DNA of 64,000 bases from Dehalococcoidia bacterium (GCA_965207935.1 CBDBNM010000002.1:845692-909691), one strand, 5' to 3'; numbered from the stretch's first letter, positions 8,375 to 16,528 are shown. Notes: generated from the sequence alone by a model not told the origin. Numbers and translations are program-made.

Positions 8375-11050
8375 ATGGACAACGGATACAGATGCGACTA
8401 CGAACCGACCGAAGCCCCCATTAGTGAGAGGAGCACAAAGATGAAGATGAACCCGATGAAGTGGCTGAAGGACGACGAAGGGAAGAAAAAGCCGGTGCTG
8501 CTGGCGGTGACGCCGCCGAGGAAGGACGAGCGCACCATGCTGGGCGTGGAGAACATGCTCCAGTCCATCGCGGTGCCGGAGCCCTTCTCCCTGGAGCTTG
8601 CCGGGGACGCCGACGGCGTGACGCTCCTGACCCGCTGCCTGGACGACCAGGTGGTGCGCGGCCAGATCGCCGCCCACTACCCCCAGGCCCGCATCGAAAG
8701 GGTGCCGATGGATGAAGACCCGCTGCGGCTGGGGGAGGGGGAGCAGGCGTGGGGGATGACGATCCGGGCCGACGGCCCGGAGTACGTCCCCATCCGCACC
8801 TTCCGGGATGACGACCTGCTGGACCCCGGCTCCGACCCCATCATCGCCCTGCTGGGCTCGCTGTCCAACCTGCGCGAAGACGAGCGCGTGGTGGCGCGGC
8901 TGATGCTGAACTCCCTGGGACCCGACTGGTCGCAGCACCACCAGGAGAAGGCCCACAGGCCCGCCGTGGAGCAGCGGCGCGATCCGTCCTACACCTACCA
9001 GACCAGGCCCCTGCGCATGGACGGGGTGACGATGGCCGTTCTCGGCGTGGGCACAGTCGCCGCCCTCCAGGGCTACCTGTGGGTGCAGGCGGGGCAGACG
9101 TGGAAGGCCGTGCTCCTGGGCATCGGCGTGAGCGCCGGACTGGCCGCCGCCGGTTGGCTCTGGCACAAGTGGAAGAAGTCCCGAAACCGGGTGTACGACC
9201 CGAACCTCATCAAGGAGAAGGTCTCCCGCGTCGCCTTCGCCGGGGAGATACAGGTGACGGCGATCCTGCCCGCCGACGCCGGACCCAGGCGCGCCAATGA
9301 ACTGCTGGGGCAGGTCGCCGCAGCCTACCGCCACTACGACCACCCGGCGGGGGCCAGGCTCAAGGCGGGCAGGGTGAGGCCGGTCGTCCCCGATCCGGAG
9401 ACGCTTCACCCCGCAGGCCCCGGCCTGTTCGGGCGGCGCAGCGTCTTCGGGATGCGCGAGGCGGCGGCCCTGTGGCACCCGCCGGGAGCGCGTGACGAGA
9501 CTCCGTTGGTGGGGCGGTCGGGGTCGAGGGCGCTCATTCCCTCGGCAAGGAACGTGAAGGGCGGCGCGCTGGTGGGCGAGACCACAGCCGGAGCGAAGAG
9601 GGAGATCCGCTTCCCCGACGACCTGCTGCGCCGCCACCACCTCTACGTCGCCCGCACCCGCATGGGCAAGTCCACCCTGATGCACCACATCGTCCGGCAC
9701 AAGATGGAGGAGAAGGCGGCGGGCAGGGACCCGGACGCCATAGTAGTCATCGACCCCCACGCCGACCTGGTGGAGGGCATCCTCCAACACGTGCCGGAGG
9801 AGATGGCCGACAGGGTGCGGCTCATCGACCTGGCCGACGAGCGGGGAGCGCCCGGCGTCAACCTGCTGGACACCCGCGTCTTCTCCGACCGCGACCGCAC
9901 CGCCGACTCGGTGGTGCGCGTGGCGAAGGGCCTGTGGGACCAGTGGGGGCCGAGGATGCAGTCCATCCTGGAGCAGACCGTCAAGACCCTCCACGAGGCC
10001 AACGAGCAAACCGACGCCGACGAGCAGTACACCATCCTCGACGGCCTCAAGCTGCTGTCTGCGGACAGGAGGTCCAGGGGCGAGGCCTCGTCGGAAGACC
10101 AGAAGTTCAGGGACAGGGTGCTGGCGAAGGTGAGCGACCCCTACCTCAAGGACTGGTGGGAGAGGGATTTCAAGAACTGGACCCACCAGTATCGGGCCGA
10201 GGCGCTGGCCCCGGTGCAGACCCGCCTCAACTACTACGCATCCTCCAAGCGGGCGCGGGCCATCCTCGGCCAGCGCCGCTCCACCATCGACCTGCGCAGG
10301 ACCATCCTCGACGGCGGCATTCTCCTGGTGTCCACCGCCCAGGGCACGGCGGGCCGGGACGTGGCCGCCCTGGTGGGTTCGTCGATCCTCAACCTGGTGG
10401 ACGCCGTGATCCGGGAGCAGGGCAGCCTGCCGCCCGACAGGCGCAGGGGCGCGCTGGTGGTGGTGGACGAGATGCAGTCGATGCCCGGCGTGGACTACGA
10501 GAGCATGTTGTCGGAACTCGGCAAGTTCGGGGCGTCGTTCGTGCTCGCCACCCAGAGCCTGGCCAAGCTGGACGACCTCTCCCGCACCATGCGAGACACC
10601 ATCCTTGCAAACGTCGGCTGCCTCGCCGTTTTCCAGGTGGCGGGCAGCGACGCAAGGCAGCTTGTGTGGGAGCTTGGGAAGGAGCGGGTGACCGAGGACG
10701 ACATCACGTCGCTTCCGGTCCACCAGTGCTACGTCCGCGCCACCGTGGGGACGGAGCGGATGGACGCCTTCTCCATGGCGGTGCGCAAGCCGGAGCCGGG
10801 AGACGTCGAAAGGGCTGCCCGCATCCGCGCCGCCGCGTCCTCCTACGTCACGGCGGCCAGGGACATCGCCGCAGGGAACGCGGAGTGCGACGGGAAGCAG
10901 GAGGAACAGGGGAAGGCGGAGAACGGTCAGGCCAAGGCCGAGCACAGGAACCCGAAGCAGCCTCCCAAGAATCACAAGGGACGCTCTCCGGGACGCTCCC
11001 GGAACCCCAAGCCGTCGAAGCCGGAGTCCGGCGACGGAGCGTCCTCGTGA
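8375..11050 (+). CDS. Type IV coupling protein (VirD4/TraG/TcpA-like P-loop ATPase)
   Basis: Walker A ARTRMGKST and Walker B ALVVVDEMQS, with two TM helices around aa 225-275 and a basic low-complexity tail. The start is uncertain among ATG 8330, 8375 and 8441; both 8375 and 8441 have an AGGAG SD. Confidence 0.8.
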   Translation: MDNGYRCDYEPTEAPISERSTKMKMNPMKWLKDDEGKKKPVLLAVTPPRKDERTMLGVENMLQSIAVPEPFSLELAGDADGVTLLTRCLDDQVVRGQIAAHYPQARIERVPMDEDPLRLGEGEQAWGMTIRADGPEYVPIRTFRDDDLLDPGSDPIIALLGSLSNLREDERVVARLMLNSLGPDWSQHHQEKAHRPAVEQRRDPSYTYQTRPLRMDGVTMAVLGVGTVAALQGYLWVQAGQTWKAVLLGIGVSAGLAAAGWLWHKWKKSRNRVYDPNLIKEKVSRVAFAGEIQVTAILPADAGPRRANELLGQVAAAYRHYDHPAGARLKAGRVRPVVPDPETLHPAGPGLFGRRSVFGMREAAALWHPPGARDETPLVGRSGSRALIPSARNVKGGALVGETTAGAKREIRFPDDLLRRHHLYVARTRMGKSTLMHHIVRHKMEEKAAGRDPDAIVVIDPHADLVEGILQHVPEEMADRVRLIDLADERGAPGVNLLDTRVFSDRDRTADSVVRVAKGLWDQWGPRMQSILEQTVKTLHEANEQTDADEQYTILDGLKLLSADRRSRGEASSEDQKFRDRVLAKVSDPYLKDWWERDFKNWTHQYRAEALAPVQTRLNYYASSKRARAILGQRRSTIDLRRTILDGGILLVSTAQGTAGRDVAALVGSSILNLVDAVIREQGSLPPDRRRGALVVVDEMQSMPGVDYESMLSELGKFGASFVLATQSLAKLDDLSRTMRDTILANVGCLAVFQVAGSDARQLVWELGKERVTEDDITSLPVHQCYVRATVGTERMDAFSMAVRKPEPGDVERAARIRAAASSYVTAARDIAAGNAECDGKQEEQGKAENGQAKAEHRNPKQPPKNHKGRSPGRSRNPKPSKPESGDGASS

Positions 11051-12696
11051 ACCCCAACGACCGCACCCTGCTCTTGATGCGGCGGCTGGCCTCCATGCCG
11101 TTTCTCGACCGGCTGGAGCTGGCCGCCGCGTCGGGAACGCCCGACCGCTCCACATACGACGCCGTGGACGATCTGCAACGGGCGGGCCTGGCGGCCTCGA
11201 TCCCCCACGCCACCGACCTGCTCAGGGCTACGCGGCGATACCATCTCACGGTCTCAGGGCTACGGATGTTGGCTGAAGCCGACCGCCTAGCGATGGACGA
11301 AATACTCAGCGAGTACCCGGTCTCCGCCCAGTGGCGGCGTATCCTCATGGAGCGGCTCGACGCCGTGGGCGTCATGTACCGGCTGGCGTCGTCCATCGCC
11401 GCAGAGACGGGACCCATCCGGCTGCGCTGGTACAGGGCCGCGCCCCTGGACGCCGCCGTCGAGCTCGCCAACGGCAGGACCCTCGGCATCGTCAGGCAGG
11501 GGCTCACGTCGGACAGGACGGGGTTCTCCAAGCGTCTCTACCGGCTCGGCGAAGGGCCGCTGCCCGGAGCCGTCCTCATGCTCGTGCCCGACGAGGTGCG
11601 GCTGAGGCACGCCCGAAGGACGCTGGCCGACTCTCACTTGCCGGCCGTTCTCGCCCTGGAGCGGGACGCGGCGTGGGCAGGCCCGTCGGAACCCGTCTGG
11701 CGCTTGCCCTCCGTCGCCGCCGCCCTCGGCCTGCGCTACGTCCTGTCGTCCTACCTCGAAACGGGCGGACGGCTGATCACCGAACCGGAGCCGTCGCGGG
11801 CGACCCTCCCGGAGGGCCTCATCCTGGAAAGCCCGGGGACGCCCGACTGGCTGCTGCCCGCCGTGCTGAAGCCCGCCGGGAAGCGCGTACTCGACCTGCT
11901 CTACGACTGGCCGGGCATAGCCCCGGGCGACCTTCGCGGGCTGCTCAGCGTCTCACGCGGCCGGTTCTACGAGATCGTTGCGCCCCTGGCCGACGCCGGG
12001 CTCGTCGAGCGGGTCGCCATCAATGGCCGCCGTCTGGCTGTCTCCGACCGGGGATTGGCACTCCTAGCGCGGAGGGACCGCACCTCGGTGGGCGCGGCCA
12101 GGAAGCGGTGGAGCGTCGCGCCCATCGACCTCAAGACACCACTGGAATGGCGCAACGTCTCCGGCAGGAGGAGCCGCCAACTGCTCAGGAATCTCGATCA
12201 CACGGCGGCGGTCCACGGCTTCGTTGCGGCGCTGGCGATGCAGTCCCGCTCCCTGGGCTGGGAACCGGCGCAACTGGACCCGCCCATGCGGGCCGCCAGG
12301 CACTTCCGCCAAAGGGGCAAGCTGCGCTCCGTCCACCCCGACGCCTTCGGCGTCCTGCGAAGGGACTCCACGAGGTGGCCCTTCTTCCTGGAGTGGGAGC
12401 GCCGCGCCGTGCGCCCATCGACCATGGCGGCCCGGCTGGCCCCCTACCTGCGCTACTACTCCTCCGACAGGCCCGCCGACGACCACGGCGCACAGCCCGC
12501 CGTCCTCGTCGTCCTCCGCGACGACGTCACCGCCATCAACTTCCTGCGGGTGGCGAGGGAGCGGATGACGGAGGCCCGCGTGGAGGTGCCCCTGCTGGTG
12601 TCCCACGAGGGGCTGCTTGCGCGGGAGGGGCCGCTGGGACGGGCATGGCGCACTCCCGATGGGTGGGAGACCATTCGCGCTCTTCCAAACAGTTGA
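11047..12696 (+). CDS. Replication-relaxation family protein (Replic_Relax, putative relaxase)
   Basis: GTG start overlaps the upstream stop (GTGA). N-terminal wHTH-like segment LLLMRRLASMPFLDRLELAAASG. C-terminal signature HPDAFGVL...WPFFLEWERRAVRPSTMAARLAPYLRYY. Confidence 0.7.
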   Translation: MNPNDRTLLLMRRLASMPFLDRLELAAASGTPDRSTYDAVDDLQRAGLAASIPHATDLLRATRRYHLTVSGLRMLAEADRLAMDEILSEYPVSAQWRRILMERLDAVGVMYRLASSIAAETGPIRLRWYRAAPLDAAVELANGRTLGIVRQGLTSDRTGFSKRLYRLGEGPLPGAVLMLVPDEVRLRHARRTLADSHLPAVLALERDAAWAGPSEPVWRLPSVAAALGLRYVLSSYLETGGRLITEPEPSRATLPEGLILESPGTPDWLLPAVLKPAGKRVLDLLYDWPGIAPGDLRGLLSVSRGRFYEIVAPLADAGLVERVAINGRRLAVSDRGLALLARRDRTSVGAARKRWSVAPIDLKTPLEWRNVSGRRSRQLLRNLDHTAAVHGFVAALAMQSRSLGWEPAQLDPPMRAARHFRQRGKLRSVHPDAFGVLRRDSTRWPFFLEWERRAVRPSTMAARLAPYLRYYSSDRPADDHGAQPAVLVVLRDDVTAINFLRVARERMTEARVEVPLLVSHEGLLAREGPLGRAWRTPDGWETIRALPNS

Positions 12697-12726
12697 AAGA
12701 AGAATACGAGAGAGAGGTAATGAACC

Positions 12727-13482
12727 ATGCGTCTGTACTACATCGACGAGTCCGAGGGACCGACCCGCTACGTCCGCTCCGCCCTGGGCGTGGACGCCGA
12801 ACGGTGGAACGACCTGTTCGCCGACATCCAGGAGTGGCGGAAGGAGCTTCGCGAGGGCTACGGCATCCCGACCGACAGGGAGCTTCACGCCTGCGACCTG
12901 CTGGCGGGACGCGGGATGCTGGCCCGAAACGGGGAAATCCACGAGCGGCTCTCGCCCAGCCAGGGGGCCGAGGTCTTCAGGGAAGGGCTGCGACGCATCG
13001 AAGAAGCCGCCCGCATCGGCGGCGTCGAGGTCGTCAACGTCTGCCTGAGAAAGTCCGACGTGAAGGGATACGAGCGGGTCAGCCTCGACCGGCTGCTCAA
13101 CCGCATCAACGCCTCGGTCAGGGCGGCGGGACGCCACGCCTTCCTCATCTTCGACGAGGGCAAGGAGCGGATGATCACACGGGCCTATAGACGGCTCAGG
13201 ATATTCAACCCCGTGCCAAGTCGGTACGAACTTTGGGAAGAGGGCGAGCGGACTCGAAACATCCCCGTGGAGAACGTCATCGGAGGCCCAGCCTTCAGGA
13301 GCTCCGACTCGGACCACCTGCTCCAGATGGCCGACCTCGTCGCCCACGCCCTGCTCAAGCAGGAGGAGGAGCCCGTCCCCAGAGTGGAGACCCGCGGCAT
13401 CCGCGAAGCCTTCTCCATACTCGACAAGGCCCTCAACCGGAGAGCGTCAGGGCACGATCCCCAGGGCATCGTCAGGCGATGA
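12727..13482 (+). CDS. DUF3800 domain protein
   Basis: 251 aa. N-terminal YYIDESEG and C-terminal LLQMADLVAHAL match the DUF3800 hallmarks (YxDESG ... QxADxxA). Confidence 0.75.
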   Translation: MRLYYIDESEGPTRYVRSALGVDAERWNDLFADIQEWRKELREGYGIPTDRELHACDLLAGRGMLARNGEIHERLSPSQGAEVFREGLRRIEEAARIGGVEVVNVCLRKSDVKGYERVSLDRLLNRINASVRAAGRHAFLIFDEGKERMITRAYRRLRIFNPVPSRYELWEEGERTRNIPVENVIGGPAFRSSDSDHLLQMADLVAHALLKQEEEPVPRVETRGIREAFSILDKALNRRASGHDPQGIVRR

Positions 13483-13490
13483 GTGGAGGC

Positions 13491-13530
13491 AGGGGCGGGT
13501 CGTTGGCCATGTCACAAGGCCCGCGCCCCT
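13491..13530. terminator. GC-rich hairpin between convergent genes, possibly a bidirectional terminator
   Basis: AGGGGCGGG (13491-13499) pairs with CCCGCGCCCCT (13520-13530) with a 2-nt bulge. It lies between the DUF3800 stop and the ImmA stop. Confidence 0.4.
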
Positions 13531-13546
13531 ATTCCTCCGCTTTCTC

Positions 13547-13975
13547 TCACTCCATAGGGAGGGGCGGCTGAAGCCAGGCCATCTCCTGCGGCACCCCGAA
13601 GTGCTCCGCCACCTCCCACAGCTCGCTGAGCCCCTCAGCCATCGCCTCGTCCACGTCCATCAGCAGGGCGCGGGCGAAGTCCTCCGCCTCCCGCTCGAAC
13701 AGGCTGCCCAGGCTGGTGTGGTCCCGTATCCACAGGTGATTGCCACTGTGCAGCAGCCGATGGCCTATGGCGTGGGCGATCACCCAGCGCCGCCAGCGGA
13801 CATCCAGCCTCTCGGCCACGCCGATGTACCGGTCCATCTGCATCTCCTCCTGCACCTCCAAGGGCCACGGCACCACCTCCAGCCCCAGCACGTTGGCCAC
13901 GGTTTCGGCGTCCACTCGGCCCGACAGCTTCAGCTTTCGCCGGAGCTCTACGGCCTTCCGCTGCGCCCGCTTCAT
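13547..13975 (-). CDS. ImmA/IrrE-family (M78) metallopeptidase-like protein with a degenerate HExxH motif
   Basis: 142 aa. VIAHAIGHRLLH aligns to the AHELGHxxLH motif, with Ala in place of the catalytic Glu. The downstream EREAEDFARALLM matches E..AN.FA..LLMP. Its start overlaps the XRE stop (ATGA). Confidence 0.75.
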   Translation of the reverse strand: MKRAQRKAVELRRKLKLSGRVDAETVANVLGLEVVPWPLEVQEEMQMDRYIGVAERLDVRWRRWVIAHAIGHRLLHSGNHLWIRDHTSLGSLFEREAEDFARALLMDVDEAMAEGLSELWEVAEHFGVPQEMAWLQPPLPME

Positions 13976-14370
13976 CTCCCGTTTCTCTCCGTCCTCCGCC
14001 GCTGCTCCCGCACGAAGCGGATGAAGTTCATGATGGACTCGATGTCCTCCATGGGCAATCCCTCGATGGCGTTGCGGAAGGAGACGTCGGCCTCCTTCAG
14101 TATCTCCGCCTCCACCACGTCACGGCCCAGCAGCCAGTCGGTGCTCGTCTCGCACTGGTAGGCCAGCTCCAGCAGGTGCTCCGGGGTGGGCTTCATCTTG
14201 CCCGACTCCCAGGACCAGACGGCGTGGGGGCTGACTCCCACCAGTTCGCTCACCTGCTTCTGGGTGAGGCCCACCTTCAGGCGCGCCTCCTTGATGCGGG
14301 CTCCGATGCTCTTCCAGCGGTAGCCCGGGTCTACGGTCATGGGTTCCAGCCTCTCTTGGTCAACGCTCAT
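13972..14370 (-). CDS. XRE-family HTH repressor, partner of ImmA
   Basis: 132 aa. HTH IGARIKEARLKVGLTQKQVSELVGVSPHAVWSWESGKMKP. Located upstream of and overlapping the ImmA gene. Confidence 0.85.
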   Translation of the reverse strand: MSVDQERLEPMTVDPGYRWKSIGARIKEARLKVGLTQKQVSELVGVSPHAVWSWESGKMKPTPEHLLELAYQCETSTDWLLGRDVVEAEILKEADVSFRNAIEGLPMEDIESIMNFIRFVREQRRRTERNGR

Positions 14371-14412
14371 AGGCAGCAGTAACTCTCACTTAGAAGTATC
14401 GCACAGTTGTTC

Positions 14413-14456
14413 TTGACAAGCTACTTGCGATATGATTACACTATATCATAAGTGTA
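14413..14456 (+). promoter_or_regulatory. Sigma70-like promoter plus operator in the AT-rich divergent switch region
   Basis: TTGACA at 14413-14418. TACACT at 14437-14442 is a possible -10 at 18-nt spacing. The inverted repeat TACACT-N8-AGTGTA (14437-14456) overlaps it. Confidence 0.4.
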
Positions 14457-14485
14457 GCTTAGAGTACAGGAGACTATCTTTCCCC

Positions 14486-14725
14486 ATGAAACGCACCGTC
14501 GTCCTGCTCAAGACGAGAGCCCTCTGGGAGCGGCTGGCAATGCTCGACCGCTCCCAGAACTGGCTGGCCCGCGAACTCGGCATCAGCCCCGGCTACCTGT
14601 CCTACCTGGTCAACACAGGCCGCGCCCCGTCCGGGCGCATCAGGCGGCGGATGAGGACGGTCCTGGGAGTGGAGGATTTCGATGAGTTATTCGAACTGGA
14701 GCATCCCAATGACGACAGCGCTTAG
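14486..14725 (+). CDS. Small XRE/Cro-like HTH protein
   Basis: MKRTVVLLKTRALWERLAMLDRSQNWLARELGISPGYLSYLVNTGRAPS. Transcribed divergently from the XRE/ImmA pair. The track ORF begins at 14432, but that stretch runs through the promoter region. Confidence 0.65.
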   Translation: MKRTVVLLKTRALWERLAMLDRSQNWLARELGISPGYLSYLVNTGRAPSGRIRRRMRTVLGVEDFDELFELEHPNDDSA

Positions 14726-15032
14726 CTCTCCCCGCCTGCCAGCGTATCCCGGCGATCCGGTCATCGACGGCAGACTCGCGCCCTTTCTGAGCGGGGAACT
14801 GCCCGACGACTTCCCCCAGCGTCTCATCCGCCTCAAGCTGGCCAGCGACCTCACCTGGGAGGAGTTCGCCGACGTCCTGGGCGTGGAGCTCAAGCAGGTG
14901 CTGCGGTGGACGCAGGGAACCAAACCATCCGGCGGGGCTCACCACTCCCTGGTGGAACTCGCGCCGTGGATACCCGGCGGGCTGGAAATCCTCATGGGAG
15001 AGGGTTTCCTGGACCCCCTCAGGAAGGAGTAA
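14709..15032 (+). CDS. HTH-like small protein, paralog A
   Basis: ATG lies 7 nt after GGAG and overlaps the previous gene end. LTWEEFADVLGVELKQVLRWTQGTKPSGGAHHSLVELA resembles the next gene. Confidence 0.55.
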   Translation: MTTALSSPRLPAYPGDPVIDGRLAPFLSGELPDDFPQRLIRLKLASDLTWEEFADVLGVELKQVLRWTQGTKPSGGAHHSLVELAPWIPGGLEILMGEGFLDPLRKE

Positions 15033-15035
15033 CGC

Positions 15036-15311
15036 ATGTCTCGCAAGCGAGGAAGACGACAGAAGACGATACGGGTCCTGACCGGCGACTTCGGCAAGGG
15101 ACTGGAGGACTTCAAGGAGGCGTCCGGGCTGCCGTGGGCCGAGATCGCCCGGCTCCTGGGCACCAGCACCCTCAACCTGTGGCGATGGCGCAATCGGGGC
15201 GTCCTACCCAACATGCACCACCTGCTGGCCCTCCAAGAACTGGCCGATAGCAGGGGTCTCGGCCACCTGCTCCCGACGGCCAAGCTGCTTCGGCCCTCCC
15301 AGCACCCGTAA
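15036..15311 (+). CDS. HTH-like small protein, paralog B
   Basis: Starts 4 nt after the previous stop. LPWAEIARLLGTSTLNLWRWRNRGVLPNMHHLLALQELA aligns with paralog A. Confidence 0.6.
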   Translation: MSRKRGRRQKTIRVLTGDFGKGLEDFKEASGLPWAEIARLLGTSTLNLWRWRNRGVLPNMHHLLALQELADSRGLGHLLPTAKLLRPSQHP

Positions 15312-15385
15312 GGCGCTCCACCCCTGGCATAGGGCCACGCCTCGTCCTCCAAGGCCCTGCGATGCTCCCCGTCGAGTTTCATGCG

Positions 15386-15441
15386 TGAAATCCCCTTCCG
15401 AGGGATAACGCTCGTCTTCCCCACCGCCCACACTGACAGGA
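15386..15441 (+). promoter_or_regulatory. Conserved leader/promoter element, copy 2, upstream of the maintenance/integration module
   Basis: Same TGAAnnCCCCTTCCGAGGGATAACGCTCGTCTT-N9-CCACACT as 1957-2012; the core is at 15392-15418. CTCGTCTTC (15411-15419) can also pair with GAAGACGAG (15461-15469). Confidence 0.55.
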
Positions 15442-15489
15442 GCACGCCTGTTCGCTATCTGAAGACGAGCCCCGCCTTCGGCGTCGAAC

Positions 15490-15780
15490 ATGCTGAACAC
15501 GCCACGAGAAGTTGCGATCTTGAGAGACACCAAGCACAGGACGAAGCGGCGAGACCGCGAGAGCGACGCCCCGGATATGAGGGTTGTCGGGATCGACTTC
15601 AACCCCGGTCCCGACGCCGAGGAGCGATTGCGCCGCCTGTTCACCATCCTGGTGAGGCTGGCAGACGACGAGATCCCCGCCCTTGGCGCGGAGCATCAGG
15701 TGGACGAAGGCGGCGAGGAGCGCACCGAGGTTCTCCCCACCGGCTCAAACGGTCTCGAAAGTCTGCCGCCACACTGTTGA
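15490..15780 (+). CDS. Hypothetical small protein
   Basis: 96-aa ORF starting 71 nt after the conserved leader core. It contains VGIDFNPGPDAEERLRRLFTILVRLADDE. I recognise no family, and coding status is uncertain. Confidence 0.4.
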   Translation: MLNTPREVAILRDTKHRTKRRDRESDAPDMRVVGIDFNPGPDAEERLRRLFTILVRLADDEIPALGAEHQVDEGGEERTEVLPTGSNGLESLPPHC

Positions 15781-15814
15781 TGCTTATTATGCAAGTATGT
15801 TATGCTGAAGCATC
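15779..15814 (+). promoter_or_regulatory. AT-rich inverted repeat immediately upstream of vapB, putative autoregulatory operator/promoter
   Basis: GATGCTT (15779-15785) and AAGCATC (15808-15814) flank two TTATGC direct repeats. The element ends 1 nt before the vapB ATG. Confidence 0.45.
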
Positions 15815-16078
15815 ATGAGAACCAGAACCACCATCTCCCTTGACGACCGGCTCGCCAAGCAGGTGCGCCGCGAGGCCGAAGCCCGCGGCATCAGCATGAG
15901 CGCCTTCATATCAAGGACGCTCGACGACGCGCTCAAGCGCCGCGAGCCGTCGGAGCCGCCGCCCTTCCGGCTGGTCACCGTAAGCGGCGTCCACGCCCGC
16001 CCCGGAGTCGATCTCGACCGGACCAGGGCGCTCGACGCGCAGGAAGACGAGGCCCGGTTCGGGCGCGGGAGCCGCTAG
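15815..16078 (+). CDS. vapB: Ribbon-helix-helix (CopG/VapB-type) antitoxin
   Basis: MRTRTTISLDDRLAKQVRREAEARGISMSAFISRTLDDAL is a typical RHH N-terminus. It directly precedes a PIN gene. Confidence 0.85.
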   Translation: MRTRTTISLDDRLAKQVRREAEARGISMSAFISRTLDDALKRREPSEPPPFRLVTVSGVHARPGVDLDRTRALDAQEDEARFGRGSR

Positions 16079-16084
16079 TTCGAG

Positions 16085-16528
16085 ATGCTGCTTCCCGACG
16101 TGAACGTCCTGATCTATGCGCACGTGGCGGACTCGATCCCCGAACACGCCGAGTATGCGGATTGGATCACCCGCCTTGCGACGGGGCCTGAGCCCTTCGC
16201 GCTCTCCGTCCTCGTCCTTTCCGGCTTCGTTCGCGTCGTGACCAACCCCAGGGTCTTCGACCCGCCTTCCACTCTCGACCAGTCGTTTGCCTTCGTGACC
16301 TCCCTCGTGGAGCGTCCGACCGCGCGCATCGTGGGACCGGGACCCGACCATCTGGACATATTCGAGAGGCTGTGCAGGCAGTCTGGAGCCGCAGGGAAGC
16401 TGGTCGCCGACGCCCAACACGCCGCCATCGCGGTCGAGCACGGCTGCACGATGGTGACCACCGACTCCGACTTCAGCCGATTCCCAGGACTCAGGTGGCA
16501 GCACCCGCTCGGCCCCGGCGGGCCGTAG
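16085..16528 (+). CDS. vapC: PIN-domain toxin (VapC family)
   Basis: MLLPDVNVLIYA carries the first acidic residue. The C-terminal segment is LVADAQHAAIAVEHGCTMVTTDSDFSRF. 147 aa. Confidence 0.85.
   Translation: MLLPDVNVLIYAHVADSIPEHAEYADWITRLATGPEPFALSVLVLSGFVRVVTNPRVFDPPSTLDQSFAFVTSLVERPTARIVGPGPDHLDIFERLCRQSGAAGKLVADAQHAAIAVEHGCTMVTTDSDFSRFPGLRWQHPLGPGGP

Noticed and set aside
8348-11155. A 935-aa minus-strand ORF opposite the coupling-protein gene. Similar long ORFs include 9934..11046 (+), 11331..13190 (+), 12064..13347 (-), 16491..17957 (-), 33453..35234 (+), 21095..21988 (+), 61723..63165 (+) and 62105..62899 (-).
   Set aside because: These are shadow ORFs typical of high-GC DNA. Their translations are Arg/Pro/Gly/His-rich with no motifs, and each overlaps a gene with clear family signatures on the other strand or in another frame.
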